Shown: piece after piece, positions 47,110 to 57,821 of the stretch
Position numbering within the stretch: the first letter of the stretch is position 1
How the letters are laid out: every line of letters starts with the position of its first letter
IMG/VR virus record: IMGVR_UViG_3300045988_114220
Reading direction: 5' to 3' (one strand)
DNA: 59,525 nt
From: a virus
Made by a program: the position numbers and the translations under genes
The notes under the pieces: generated by a model
Databases searched by the model: none
The model's input: only the letters and a program-made list of their open reading frames with translations
What the model was told of the DNA's origin: nothing

Positions 47110-47544
47110 ATGAGTATGAAGTATAACAAAAATCCTATCTCTCTGCGTGAGGGAAAGGTGTTCATTGACGGCGTAGAGGTACTTGATAGCGTAAAATGCG
47201 ACATTAAGTTTACCCCCGACGTGTGGACCGGCAGAGTAATCGGCGAGAGAACGCCGAGCAGCCGTTGGCTCGGATATGCGGTAAAGGGTAGCATTACCCG
47301 CCGCCGCTCTACTCCGTGGCTCAAAGAGAAGATTGCCGAGTATAAGAAAAACGGCTCTACGCCGGAAATGACTATACAGGGCATTATGAACGACGAGAAC
47401 AGCGACTACTACAAGGACAACGGCAATGACACCGTAACTTGTGTTGGGTGCGTTCTCACGGGCGACATTCCCCTCACCGCACTCGACAGCGCAGGCGAGG
47501 TTGTTGACGACGCTATTTCGTTCAACGCAAAGGATATTGTCTGA
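47110..47544 (+). CDS. Tail tube protein (XkdM-like)
   Basis: 144 aa after the sheath gene. Confidence 0.7.
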   Translation: MSMKYNKNPISLREGKVFIDGVEVLDSVKCDIKFTPDVWTGRVIGERTPSSRWLGYAVKGSITRRRSTPWLKEKIAEYKKNGSTPEMTIQGIMNDENSDYYKDNGNDTVTCVGCVLTGDIPLTALDSAGEVVDDAISFNAKDIV

Positions 47545-47556
47545 TAACGATTGAAG

Positions 47557-47593
47557 CCCCTCCGCCCTATGACGGAGGGGTATTTCATTATTC
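47557..47593 (+). terminator. Rho-independent terminator
   Basis: cccctccg-ccctatga-cggagggg followed by tatttcattattc. Confidence 0.7.
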
Positions 47594-47619
47594 AAAAAAC
47601 ATAAAGGAGATTTACCGCT

Positions 47620-48093
47620 ATGGCAAAGAAAGACTTGAAGTGGTTTATGCGCGAGCATAAGCAGGAAATTATCACCGTAAAAGGCCCGGACACCATTAAG
47701 GACGACGAGGGCAACGTTATCGAACTCGAAATCAAGGTGCTTTCGCAGGAGGAAATCACCCGCATTAACGACGCTTACAGAAAGCGCACTATCGCCACCG
47801 ATAAAAAGGGTAACCCCTATATCAATAACGGCGAGGTCGTATTCAAAACAGAGAGGGACAGCGCAAAGGCGACCCGCCACATCATTGTGGAGGCGTTGCA
47901 GTACCCCAACCTCAAAGACGAGGAACTGATGAAGTATTACGGTTGCGTAGATGTGACCGATATGCCGCTCAAAGTTTTTCCGTCCCCGGAGGAATTTCAG
48001 CACGTTTCCCGCGTTGTTTTTGCGGCGCTCGGTATCGGCTCTTTCACCGACGAGGACGAGGCCGACACTACGGTAGACGAAGCAAAAAACTAA
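47620..48093 (+). CDS. Tail assembly chaperone (XkdN-like), short form
   Basis: Position between the tube and tape measure genes. Confidence 0.6.
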   Translation: MAKKDLKWFMREHKQEIITVKGPDTIKDDEGNVIELEIKVLSQEEITRINDAYRKRTIATDKKGNPYINNGEVVFKTERDSAKATRHIIVEALQYPNLKDEELMKYYGCVDVTDMPLKVFPSPEEFQHVSRVVFAALGIGSFTDEDEADTTVDEAKN

Positions 48094-48245
48094 TCTCCCG
48101 CGAGGGGTCTGACGGCTTTTGGGCGCACATTTTATGGCAAAAACATAATCTGCGCCCGGAAGAATTCGAGGCTATGTCGGCACGTAAACGAGCGTTCTAT
48201 ATCGCCTCGGAAATCAAAGCCGCAGAGGACTCCCGTGGGAAATAA
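48082..48245 (+). CDS. -1 frameshift extension of the tail chaperone, starting at slippery A_AAA_AAC (48082..48088)
   Basis: Heptamer AAAAAAC lies 2 codons before the stop. The -1 frame is open to 48245 and encodes ...LISREGSDGFWAHILWQKHNLRPEEFEAM.... Confidence 0.55.
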
Positions 48246-48263
48246 AGAAAGGAGGCGGAATGA

Positions 48264-51200
48264 GTGGCAAGTATATCGGCAAAGTTTAAGCTGATTGATG
48301 AAATGTCCGCCAAACTCGACAAAATCGCACAGAGCGGGCGCTCCGCTCTATCCCAATGGGAAAAAGCGGGAGCGGCTATCGACGCGGCGTTTGACGGTGC
48401 GGCGACCGAAACCGCACAGACGGCGCAATCTATCAACACATCTACTGACGCAGTTGATAAATTCGGCGAAGCGACCGCACGAGCGGCAGACAAAGCCGAC
48501 GAATTCACGGCGGCAATGGACGAAATGGAGAACGCCACAAACGCCGCCTCCACCGCTTCTGATGAACTCGCCTCCGCCGGGAACGAAACCGAGGAGGCAC
48601 TCAACGGCGTTACAGAGTCGAGCGAACAGGCCGGCAAAAAGGTCAAGGACTATGGAGAGGAAAACGAGGAGGCTGGCCGAAAATCAAAGAAATTCGGTGA
48701 GGAAACAACCGAGGCTATTCAATCTATCGAGGACCTGCTAATTACTGTCGGCATTACAAAACTGCTCAAAGGTATCGGCGACGCTTTTGTAGACTGCGTG
48801 GGCGACGCTATCGAATTTGAAAGCGCAATCACGGGTGTTTATAAGACCGTTGACGGTACGCCGGAGCAGTTAGCGCAGATTTCGGACGAAGTAAAGGACC
48901 TTGCGCTGAACATACCCGCCACAACGACGGAAATTGCGGCAGTAGCAGAGGCCGCCGGACAGTTGGGCATTGCAACGGAAAATGTTATGGCGTTTTCAGA
49001 GGTTATGATAAACCTCGGTGAAGCAACAAACCTCACCTCTGACGAAGCAGCGTCGGCTCTTGCGAAGTTTACAAACATTACAGGTACATCAGCGGAAGAA
49101 TACGAAAACCTAGGCTCGACTATCGTTGCACTCGGTAACAATTTCGCCACAACAGAGGCAGATATTGTTGCAATGTCAACCCGTATGGCTTCCGCCGGAA
49201 CGCTCGCAGGAATGACGGAAAGCGACATTTTAGCACTTGCGGCGAGCCTGTCGTCCGTAGGTATTGAAGCAGACGCGGGCGGCTCGTCTATGTCAACGCT
49301 TATTTCAAAAATGCAGCTTGCGGTAGAAACCGGGAACGAGCAACTCGAACAGTTTGCGTCGGTTGCCGGGTATTCCGCAGACGAATTTACGAAAAAGTGG
49401 GGCGAGGACGCGGCACAAGCGCTGTATGCGTTTATCGCAGGACTGCAAGACACCGAGAGAAACGGAATGTCGGCGACGGCTGTACTCGACGATATGGGTA
49501 TCACCGAAATTCGGCTTTCCAACGCTATTAAGGCGCTGTCGAACAACAGCGACAGCCTCGGTCAAGCGCTCACATTTGCAAACGGCGCGTGGGAGGAAAA
49601 CACCGCACTTGCAACAGAAGCAAATACACGATATTCGACGCTCGAAAGCAAACTCGGAATGACAAAGAACGCCGCAAACAATTTGAGCATTGCTGTGGGT
49701 GATGTATTCACTCCGACGATTTCAAAGGCGGCAGGCGTAGGCCATTCGATTTTGACGGGGCTGACCGACTTTGTAAAGGCAAATCCGACCGTAGTAAAAG
49801 GCGTGGCGGCAATTACTATCGGTGTAGGCGCATTTACCGCCGCTATTGTGGCATATACCGTCGCAACAAAGGCGGCAAAGGTAGCGCAGGCGGCGCTGAA
49901 CGCCGTGCAACTCGCCAACCCCTACTACCTTGTAGGTGCGGCTATTGCGGCTGTTACAATAGGCATTGTTGCTTTTGCCGCTTCTATGTCGGACGCACAG
50001 AACAAAAGCCAAGAACTTTCCGCAGCTTCAAAGAAGCAGGAAGAACAACTCAAATCGCTTGAAGCGGAGTACAAAACCGCTTGCGACACATACGGTGAAA
50101 CCTCATATCAGGCGCAGGAATTGTCGTGGAAAATTGAGAGTCTTTCGGCAGAGTACGAAGCGAGCAAACAGACCGTACAGGAATTCTACGACTCACTCGA
50201 ACAAACCCACAAAGAGTATGAGGAGATGTGTGCAAGGCACGACGAAACTATCGAAAAAGCGAACAAAGAAAGTGCGAGCATTATGTCGCTTGCTTTCAGA
50301 CTTGAAACTCTCGCCGAAAAGACGAATGTTTCAGCCGGAGAGCAGGAAGAAATCCTCGCTATTATTCAGCGCCTCAATCAAGAAGTGCCGGACCTTTCGC
50401 TTTCATACGATAAGTTATCGCACAGTTTTTCCACATCTGCTGACGCAATAGTTAGTCTTGCAAAAGCCGAGGCGACATCGAGAAAGCAAAAGGCTCTTTA
50501 TGAGTCGCTTGTTGAGCAGATGTCGGAACTCGACGTACTCGAAGAGAAGAGAACGCAGGCGCTACAACAGCAAGCCTCGGAGCAGGAAAAAGTCAATGCG
50601 CTTGTAAACAGCTCAAAATACAAGCAAATGATGGACGAGGTCAAGAGCGTTGGAGACGAGGTATCGGGTAGAAATTACGCCTCGAAATGGGCGTCTTTCT
50701 CCGATGAAATCAATAAGGCTAACGAGGCTTTGGCAAAAGCCAACGGAGCAGTAGAACAAGCAACCGAAGACTACGACAACTGTTCAGATAAAATAGACGA
50801 GATAAAAGGAAAACTCGTTGAATTATCAGGCGGAATAGATGAGTCAAGCGACAAAATGCTTACCTACGAGCAGGCAGTCGAAAAATCGCTATCAAGCGTC
50901 AACGCGCAGATTACGGAACTCTGTCAAAAGTACGACGAGGCATACGAAGCGGCCCGCGAGAGTATCGACGGTCAAATAGGTTTGTTTGACAAAATCGTAG
51001 TCAAAGCGGAGTTGTCTATCGCCGATATGCAAGGGGCGTGGGAAAGCCAAATCCTGTACCTCACCTCTTATACGGAAAATCTCAAAAAGGCTATGGATTT
51101 CGGGCTTGATAGGTCGTTGGTAGAGAAATTGTCCGACGGCAGCGAGGAGAGCGCGGCTCAACTCGACACTATCATCAGCAAAGTCGAGAGCCTCGGAGGG

Positions 51201-52043
51201 AAAACCGAAGCGGCGAAGAAGTTTGTGGACGACTTTAACACAAAATTCCGAGAGGCAGAAAAGGCAAAGGACGATTTCGCCAAACAGGTAGCCGACATTG
51301 AAACGGATTTCACCGGGACAATGAAAACCCTCGAAGACCAACTCGACAGCACCATAGACGAAATGAATATGGAGGCGGACGCAGCTGCGGCGGCAAAGGC
51401 AACAATGCACGGCTATATCTCCGAGATAATCGCCGGAGGAAACTCGGCTGTTGCGGCGGCGGCAGACGCGGCGGCAAGAGTCAGAGCGGCTCTGCAATCG
51501 GGCGTTGCTACTACTGCGTCGGGCGGCGGTTGGGCCTCATACGCAGACGCGGCGGCAGCGGGCTATTCAAACATCCGAACGGCTTCTGAATTTGCAAGAG
51601 GTGGCGCAGACAAGAACAAATACGGCTCTTATCAAAACTACCTTGACGCAATGTATAAGCAGTATGGCGGATATGCAGAGGGTACAGATTACGCTGACGC
51701 AGGCCTGAAACTCGTCGGCGAACACGGTCCAGAACTCGTCGAATTTGCAGGAGGCGAAAAAGTCTACACCGCTGACGAAACCGAGGGTATTCTCGCAAGG
51801 TCGGCGGCAAAAGAATTCTACGCTACGCCGCAGGGCGATATAGGCAAGTCGGAAACGCCGAAAGACAGCGACGGTCCGAAGATTATCAGACTTGAAATCA
51901 ACGGAGCGGGCGCAATCGAGGTTGACGAGAATGTGGACGAGGCAACGGTCGTTGCAATTATGCAACAGCACCTCAAACCCGTACTCACGAGCATTGTCAA
52001 GCAGGAAATCTACGAGGAGGGAGATTTGTCCTATGATTATTAA
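48264..52043 (+). CDS. Tail tape measure protein
   Basis: 1259 aa, coiled-coil rich with central TM segments. GTG start after AAGGAGG. Confidence 0.85.
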   Translation: MASISAKFKLIDEMSAKLDKIAQSGRSALSQWEKAGAAIDAAFDGAATETAQTAQSINTSTDAVDKFGEATARAADKADEFTAAMDEMENATNAASTASDELASAGNETEEALNGVTESSEQAGKKVKDYGEENEEAGRKSKKFGEETTEAIQSIEDLLITVGITKLLKGIGDAFVDCVGDAIEFESAITGVYKTVDGTPEQLAQISDEVKDLALNIPATTTEIAAVAEAAGQLGIATENVMAFSEVMINLGEATNLTSDEAASALAKFTNITGTSAEEYENLGSTIVALGNNFATTEADIVAMSTRMASAGTLAGMTESDILALAASLSSVGIEADAGGSSMSTLISKMQLAVETGNEQLEQFASVAGYSADEFTKKWGEDAAQALYAFIAGLQDTERNGMSATAVLDDMGITEIRLSNAIKALSNNSDSLGQALTFANGAWEENTALATEANTRYSTLESKLGMTKNAANNLSIAVGDVFTPTISKAAGVGHSILTGLTDFVKANPTVVKGVAAITIGVGAFTAAIVAYTVATKAAKVAQAALNAVQLANPYYLVGAAIAAVTIGIVAFAASMSDAQNKSQELSAASKKQEEQLKSLEAEYKTACDTYGETSYQAQELSWKIESLSAEYEASKQTVQEFYDSLEQTHKEYEEMCARHDETIEKANKESASIMSLAFRLETLAEKTNVSAGEQEEILAIIQRLNQEVPDLSLSYDKLSHSFSTSADAIVSLAKAEATSRKQKALYESLVEQMSELDVLEEKRTQALQQQASEQEKVNALVNSSKYKQMMDEVKSVGDEVSGRNYASKWASFSDEINKANEALAKANGAVEQATEDYDNCSDKIDEIKGKLVELSGGIDESSDKMLTYEQAVEKSLSSVNAQITELCQKYDEAYEAARESIDGQIGLFDKIVVKAELSIADMQGAWESQILYLTSYTENLKKAMDFGLDRSLVEKLSDGSEESAAQLDTIISKVESLGGKTEAAKKFVDDFNTKFREAEKAKDDFAKQVADIETDFTGTMKTLEDQLDSTIDEMNMEADAAAAAKATMHGYISEIIAGGNSAVAAAADAAARVRAALQSGVATTASGGGWASYADAAAAGYSNIRTASEFARGGADKNKYGSYQNYLDAMYKQYGGYAEGTDYADAGLKLVGEHGPELVEFAGGEKVYTADETEGILARSAAKEFYATPQGDIGKSETPKDSDGPKIIRLEINGAGAIEVDENVDEATVVAIMQQHLKPVLTSIVKQEIYEEGDLSYDY

Positions 52044-52695
52044 AAACAAATATGAAGTATGGATTACATTCAATGGAGAGAAAGAAAAAATCCGACTCCC
52101 CGTTCTCCCGGAAGAATTCAATATGTCTATGGGGTCGAAAGACCAAAGCGTAGATATTATCGGACTCGGAGAAATCCTCGTGGCGCAAAGCAGACCGGCG
52201 ACGGAATTCAGTTTTTCGTCATTTCTCCCGGCGGCAACATTCCCCGGCATTCAATTTTCACGCATTTACGAGCCAAAGACCATTCGTGACAAACTTATCG
52301 GGTGGAAGAACAGCAAAAAGCCCGTACATCTGATAATTACGGGCTTAAATGTTGATTGTTATTGCCGTATCACGAAATTTCAGCCGACAGAAAAAGGCGG
52401 AGATGTAGGAACGGTGCATTACTCAATAGCGTTCAAGGAGTACCGGGAAACAAAAGTCCGTCAAGTCAAAGTTGAGGTCAAAACAGCGACGGCTACGGTG
52501 TCGTCAAACACGGCGCGGACAGATAATACCACACCGCCGAAGACCTACACTGTGAAGCGCGGCGACTGCCTGTGGAATATCGCAAAACGCTTTCTCGGAA
52601 GCGGAGCGAAGTACACGCAGATATACAATCTCAACCGCGATAAGATAAAAAACCCGAACTTGATTTATGTGGGGCAAGTCCTCACATTGCCGTGA
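52040..52695 (+). CDS. XkdP-like tail protein with C-terminal LysM
   Basis: C-terminal YTVKRGDCLWNIAKRFLGSGAKYTQIYNLNRDKIKNPNLIYVGQVLTLP. Confidence 0.7.
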
Positions 52696-52710
52696 TAAAG
52701 GAGGGGTTTT

Positions 52711-53949
52711 ATGGCGGACGGAGTTAATCTCATTGTTATCAAAGGGTCGCAGGGCTACGACGTTACGGACCTTGTGCAACAGGTAAAGTGGAGCGGGAGG
52801 AAAGGCTCGTCCTCCCGCTATATAGAGGTGTCAATGCTCGACGACGAGGACCGGGCAGACCGGGCAAATATCGACGTCGAAAAAGGACATCAATGTATTT
52901 TTAGCTACAACGGAGCGGAACTGTTCAGAGGTATTATTATGCGCCTGCAACAGACCGGGCGGAAGCAACTCACATTTAAGGCTTATGACAACGGTATCTA
53001 CCTCGCAAACAACAAAGATACATTCAATTACAGCAACAAAACATTGAGCGAAATTTTCAAAGATGTATGCTCACGATTTGGTATGCCGTATTCGGAATGT
53101 ACCGACACCAATTACAGAATACCCGAACTCACAAAGCCGAAAACGACCGCCTTTGACGCGCTCTGCGACGCTATGAGCCAAACATACGCGGCAAGCGGGC
53201 AAAGATACTATATCGACTCTCAAAAAGGCTCTCTGCGCCTTTTGCGGCGGCGAGAGAATGTTATGCAATGGGTAATTGAGCCTAATTCAAACTTAATCTC
53301 GTACACGAACAGCATTTCGATAGAGAAAGTTAGAACGAGGGTCAAGCTGCTCTCCGACGAGGGGACCGTACTCGCAGAAAAGTCAAATCCAACGCTCGAA
53401 AAGGCTATCGGCGTTATGCAGGACATTGACAAGCCGGACGAAACCCTCAATTCGGCGCAGCTTCAAACGCTTGTGTCAAGTATGCTCGCAGAAAAGAGCG
53501 CCCCGGAGCGTTCACTCAAAGTTGACGCTTTGGGAATACCCGAAGTAATCGCCGGACTCGGCGTATTCGTGATTATTCCGTCGCTAAACACATCAAAAAC
53601 CTACTATGTAGACGAGGACACGCATATTTTCAAGGACAACTACCACAAAATGAGCCTCACGCTCAATCTTGCGAACGACTCCGAATATGACAAATCCAAG
53701 AACAGCACCGCACAGCAAAGCGGCGGCAGCTACAAAGTCGGTGATGTGGTGAACTTCAACGGCGGAAATCATTACATTTCGTCCGTTTCGTCCTCACCTG
53801 TCGGCGGAACGAGAAAAGGCGGAAAAGCAAAAATCACATACACAGCACCCGGCGCAAAGCACCCGTATCACCTCGTCGGCGGAGCATACAACAACCTCGG
53901 AGGGAGTTGCAATGTCTACGGTTGGGTCGATAGTGGGTCATTCAGTTAA
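52711..53949 (+). CDS. XkdQ/late-control-D-like tail protein
   Basis: Gene order. 412 aa. Confidence 0.5.
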   Translation: MADGVNLIVIKGSQGYDVTDLVQQVKWSGRKGSSSRYIEVSMLDDEDRADRANIDVEKGHQCIFSYNGAELFRGIIMRLQQTGRKQLTFKAYDNGIYLANNKDTFNYSNKTLSEIFKDVCSRFGMPYSECTDTNYRIPELTKPKTTAFDALCDAMSQTYAASGQRYYIDSQKGSLRLLRRRENVMQWVIEPNSNLISYTNSISIEKVRTRVKLLSDEGTVLAEKSNPTLEKAIGVMQDIDKPDETLNSAQLQTLVSSMLAEKSAPERSLKVDALGIPEVIAGLGVFVIIPSLNTSKTYYVDEDTHIFKDNYHKMSLTLNLANDSEYDKSKNSTAQQSGGSYKVGDVVNFNGGNHYISSVSSSPVGGTRKGGKAKITYTAPGAKHPYHLVGGAYNNLGGSCNVYGWVDSGSFS

Positions 53950-53961
53950 AGGAGGCAGACT

Positions 53962-54441
53962 ATGGCGAACAATACCCCGGAAGAAAGCACAAGCATTAAG
54001 GGACTGTTTCAAGGACTTATCCCCGACGCTTGCGGCGTAATTCAAGGGACCGTCACCTCGGTTTCCCCTCTTTCTATTCGTGTAGTGAACGACGAAAAAC
54101 TTACCCTCAACGCCTCGATACTGATTGTACCGAAGCATTTGACGGACTATACGGCTACGGTCGATATAGTGCAAGGGAAAGGCTCAGTCACCGGCAAGAC
54201 GGCGACAGACGGCGGACACACGCACAAATACAACGGCAACACCGAGAACGGCGGAGAGCCGGACCATAATCACGGGTACAAAGGCACGACGGAGGAAACA
54301 AAGCACTCCCACAGCCTTGCGTCATTCAATATCTACAAGGCGACTATGACGGTTTACAATGCGTTGAAAGTCGGTGAAAAGGTACACCTCCTCTCCTTTG
54401 ACAACGGCAAAAAATACTATGTTTTGGATAGGGTGGTGTGA
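53962..54441 (+). CDS. Baseplate spike/XkdR-like protein
   Basis: Gene order. His/Gly-rich. Confidence 0.4.
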   Translation: MANNTPEESTSIKGLFQGLIPDACGVIQGTVTSVSPLSIRVVNDEKLTLNASILIVPKHLTDYTATVDIVQGKGSVTGKTATDGGHTHKYNGNTENGGEPDHNHGYKGTTEETKHSHSLASFNIYKATMTVYNALKVGEKVHLLSFDNGKKYYVLDRVV

Positions 54442-54851
54442 TTATGGAAAGCGTATTTATCCCTATACCCGTAACGGAGGTTACGGAAGCACAGGAGAAA
54501 CCGTCGCTGACCTACAAACTCGACCTCGACAAAGGGCGAATAGTGGGGACGGTAGATGGACTCGAAGCAGTAAATCAAGCAATACGGAAAGCGATTATTA
54601 CACCCCGGTTTAAGTGCTTGATTTACGATAATCAGTATGGCAGCGAAATAGAGGCTACGGTGATAGACAAAGACGCTACGCCGGAACTCATAGAGGCTGT
54701 TATCCCCGGCTTTGTAAAAGACGCACTCAAACCCGACACTCGAATATTAAAGGTCTACGACTTTGCATTTGAGTTTAAGGGAGAGAGCGCGTATATCTTT
54801 TTCAGAGCCGACACTATTTTCGGCGAAACCGAATTCGAGGAGGTGATTTAA
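54438..54851 (+). CDS. Baseplate wedge protein (gp25/XkdS-like)
   Basis: Size and position before baseplate J. Confidence 0.45.
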   Translation: MIMESVFIPIPVTEVTEAQEKPSLTYKLDLDKGRIVGTVDGLEAVNQAIRKAIITPRFKCLIYDNQYGSEIEATVIDKDATPELIEAVIPGFVKDALKPDTRILKVYDFAFEFKGESAYIFFRADTIFGETEFEEVI

Positions 54852-55939
54852 TGTTTTCGGAAGAGTACACATACGAGCGACTTTTACAAGATGTCCTCGA
54901 CAATGCGCCGGAGGGCATAGACACCCGACAAGGCAGTATATTCTACGACGCTATATCAGGCGTTTTAATGAAAGTCGCAAAACTCTATGTCGATATTGAT
55001 ATGATTGCCGAACTTGTTTATATCGACAGCGCAACGGGCGACTACCTCGACCGCAAGGCGTCGGAACATTCCGTAACACGCCTGCCCGCCACCTGTGCGA
55101 AATACTATGTTACATTTGAGGGCGTAACCCCCGACCTCGGAGAGCGGTTTTATACCGACGGCCTGTATTTTGTGTTAAAGCAGGACGACGAGGAGCGGCA
55201 TTACCTCGAAGCGGAGGAAGCAGGAACGGGCGCAAACGGCGTTTACAGCGGTACGGCCGCAATCCCGGTTAATAATATACCAGGTCTAACCGCCGCAACA
55301 TTCGGCGCGGCAGCGGAACTCGGCTCGGACGAAGAAAGCGACGACGCACTCCGTGAAAGACTACGCGAGAAAATGTCGGGACCTGCAGAAAACGGAAACA
55401 GACAGCATTACAGAACGTGGTGCGAGGAGGTAGACGGCGTAGGCAGAGCGAGAATTATCCCGCTTTGGAACGGCCCGAACACGGTCAAGGGCATTATTAT
55501 TGACCCAAACGGTTTGCCGGCCGGCAATGCCGTCGTTGAGCGTGTGCAGGAATATATAGACCCGGACGAAGATAACGACGGAGAGGGCGACGGACTCGGC
55601 GAGGGTGTTGCAAATCTCGGCGCACATTTTACGGCGGTCAGCCCGACAAAATGCACTATAAATGTGTCGTTCAATGCCGTACTGACAGGCGGAGCAACAC
55701 AACAGCAGGCGGCTGAGGAAGCACGGACGGCTATCGCAAACTACCTTAAAGACCTCACGCTCAACACGGAGGACGAGGAGAATATTGTGGTGCGTATTTC
55801 CGCCGTCGGCGCTATTATCAACGGTCTATCTTCTATTATCGACTACAATAACCTTACCTTTAACGGCGAAACGTCAAACATTGAGCCGAGCAAGGAAGCG
55901 GTTGCGGTCGTTGGGGAGGTGACGGTGAGTGTATTATAG
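54851..55939 (+). CDS. Baseplate J-like protein (XkdT)
   Basis: 362 aa. Typical order. Confidence 0.7.
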   Translation: MFSEEYTYERLLQDVLDNAPEGIDTRQGSIFYDAISGVLMKVAKLYVDIDMIAELVYIDSATGDYLDRKASEHSVTRLPATCAKYYVTFEGVTPDLGERFYTDGLYFVLKQDDEERHYLEAEEAGTGANGVYSGTAAIPVNNIPGLTAATFGAAAELGSDEESDDALRERLREKMSGPAENGNRQHYRTWCEEVDGVGRARIIPLWNGPNTVKGIIIDPNGLPAGNAVVERVQEYIDPDEDNDGEGDGLGEGVANLGAHFTAVSPTKCTINVSFNAVLTGGATQQQAAEEARTAIANYLKDLTLNTEDEENIVVRISAVGAIINGLSSIIDYNNLTFNGETSNIEPSKEAVAVVGEVTVSVL

Positions 55940-56618
55940 CAATGGATTTGACAGCGCCTATGAGGAACTTATCACCTTTTACCCTGTTTTTTACCGTGAT
56001 GTTTTTGAAATGCGAGCGATACTCGAAGCCGAGGGAAAAATCATTGACGAAGCAACGGCGACGATAAACGGCGTAATCGAAAACTCATTCGTAGAGTCAG
56101 CGGACGAGGCAACGATAACACGACTCGAAGCGTGGTTACACTTACAGACAGACACGAGCCGCCCTTTGGAGGAGCGCAGGAGGCTCGTGTATTCGTTTTT
56201 TGTTGGCTTTGGTAAATTATCCGCCTCAAAGTTAAAAGAGGCCCTGCGAGCGTTCACGGGCGCTGACAGCAACATTTATTTCAAACCGACGGACGAAGCG
56301 GGCAACAACACGCTCATTATCGAAATGGGGCGCGGCGAAAATGCGGATATAAGTTATTCCGACATAAAAACCGTACTCGATAAAAAGATACCCGCCCACA
56401 TTGCCTATAAAGCGTTTGTTACCTACTCCGCCGCTATCGCAATATCAAAGCGGAGGGCGCATTACAAACACGAATACAGGCTATGCGGTTTAGAGCCGGA
56501 TATTGCCCTGCTCGGTAAAAAGCAAACGAAAACCTCGGTAACAGAGAGCGACGCAGCCGCAGAGAGTTACGGCACGGACTATCGTTACTGCGGAACGGCG
56601 TTGGCGGGCAATGTTTGA
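55929..56618 (+). CDS. XkdU/YmfQ-like tail protein
   Basis: Gene order. Alternative start codon. Confidence 0.45.
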   Translation: MYYSNGFDSAYEELITFYPVFYRDVFEMRAILEAEGKIIDEATATINGVIENSFVESADEATITRLEAWLHLQTDTSRPLEERRRLVYSFFVGFGKLSASKLKEALRAFTGADSNIYFKPTDEAGNNTLIIEMGRGENADISYSDIKTVLDKKIPAHIAYKAFVTYSAAIAISKRRAHYKHEYRLCGLEPDIALLGKKQTKTSVTESDAAAESYGTDYRYCGTALAGNV

Positions 56619-56635
56619 GAAAGGAGGAGCAGGCT

Positions 56636-56938
56636 ATGTTTTGGAAAGACGAATTTCTTGCAAAGCGCAGAGCCGAATGGTTGCGAAGCCTTGACCGATT
56701 TCAGTATTTGACAAACGGCGAATGGAAAGACGCTGTTATCACGGAGAAAAAGGTCGAGGGCAACGCTATTAAAATCACGACCGTAACGAACGACGACGCA
56801 AGCGCCGCCAATATTACGGGAGTGCGTATTCTCGACCGGGACGGCATTGTAGCCGGACAGTTGACCGAGAATATCGAAAAGAAAGCAACGCAGGGCGTTT
56901 TGACGCTTTGGGAATTCCCACTATACGAAATCGAATAG
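56636..56938 (+). CDS. Hypothetical tail protein
   Basis: RBS GAAAGGAGGAGCAGGCTATG. Confidence 0.4.
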   Translation: MFWKDEFLAKRRAEWLRSLDRFQYLTNGEWKDAVITEKKVEGNAIKITTVTNDDASAANITGVRILDRDGIVAGQLTENIEKKATQGVLTLWEFPLYEIE

Positions 56939-56951
56939 GAGGTGAACAGAA

Positions 56952-57485
56952 TTGTATAGTATTCTCATTTGGAAAGACCACTCAATCAACCCGAACAACA
57001 CCTACACAGTCAAGGAGAATTCTGACGGTACTGTAACGCTCACCCCATACGGGACCGTGTTACAGCAGGGTACGAATATGTCGGCGACTAACTTCAACAA
57101 TATGGAGTTTGGAATTGCGGACGCAGACCTCGCCGCCCGAATTCTTACCATTGCCGTGAGGGACGCAAACGACCGTCTGACTGCAAATGCGGCAGACATT
57201 ACCGCCGCAGTCGCCGCATACACAAAAGAGTTTGCGGTGGAAGAAAAGACGATCACCCTCACCAACAGCGTAGGCTACCCGTTCAATAATTCCGTGCAGA
57301 CCGTGAGTATGACCCCTGTGCGGAAAAGCAAAAACTACCTTGTAGAATACAGCATTACAACGAAGAACGGCAACGTCGGAGAGGTTGAAATCTCTGACAA
57401 GCAGCTCAACGGTTTTAAGGTTGCATTTACGGGCAGCGCAAAGAGCGTAACGCTCAAATTATTTATCAAAGGAGGAACAATCTAA
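56952..57485 (+). CDS. Tail-fibre-associated protein (TTG start)
   Basis: RBS GGAGGTG then TTG. Confidence 0.4.
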   Translation: MYSILIWKDHSINPNNTYTVKENSDGTVTLTPYGTVLQQGTNMSATNFNNMEFGIADADLAARILTIAVRDANDRLTANAADITAAVAAYTKEFAVEEKTITLTNSVGYPFNNSVQTVSMTPVRKSKNYLVEYSITTKNGNVGEVEISDKQLNGFKVAFTGSAKSVTLKLFIKGGTI

Positions 57486-57808
57486 TGATTATCGTAGAAA
57501 AGAATGTCGGCCCGAAAATCGGGTATGAGGTAAACAACAAATCCGTGTGCCTCGACGACGACCTCACAATCAATCTTGCAAAGCGTCAGAAAGACTGGCC
57601 CGTGCATATCGACGTGTGCAGCGACGAGGACGGCGCACTCGTTATCGGCGCGGAAAGCGGTCGTTTCTATGTGGTGCAGTTTGATATTCCTACAACGGAA
57701 TACAGCGAGCCGGAAACCGAGGAGGAAACTCCGACCGCCCTGCCGCTTGATATGGATAAGGTTACAATGACCTTGTGGGCGCTTGAAAACCGCCCGACGG
57801 AAGAATAA
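57485..57808 (+). CDS. Hypothetical tail protein
   Basis: Coupled start. Confidence 0.4.
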   Translation: MIIVEKNVGPKIGYEVNNKSVCLDDDLTINLAKRQKDWPVHIDVCSDEDGALVIGAESGRFYVVQFDIPTTEYSEPETEEETPTALPLDMDKVTMTLWALENRPTEE

Positions 57809-57821
57809 GGAGGAATAAGCA

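Noticed and set aside
47943-48245. Independent 100-aa ORF
   Set aside because: It is better explained as the -1 frameshift extension of the tail chaperone and has no start context of its own.
48839-49546. Minus-strand ORFs within the tape measure gene
   Set aside because: Antisense artefacts of a long, biased coiled-coil gene.
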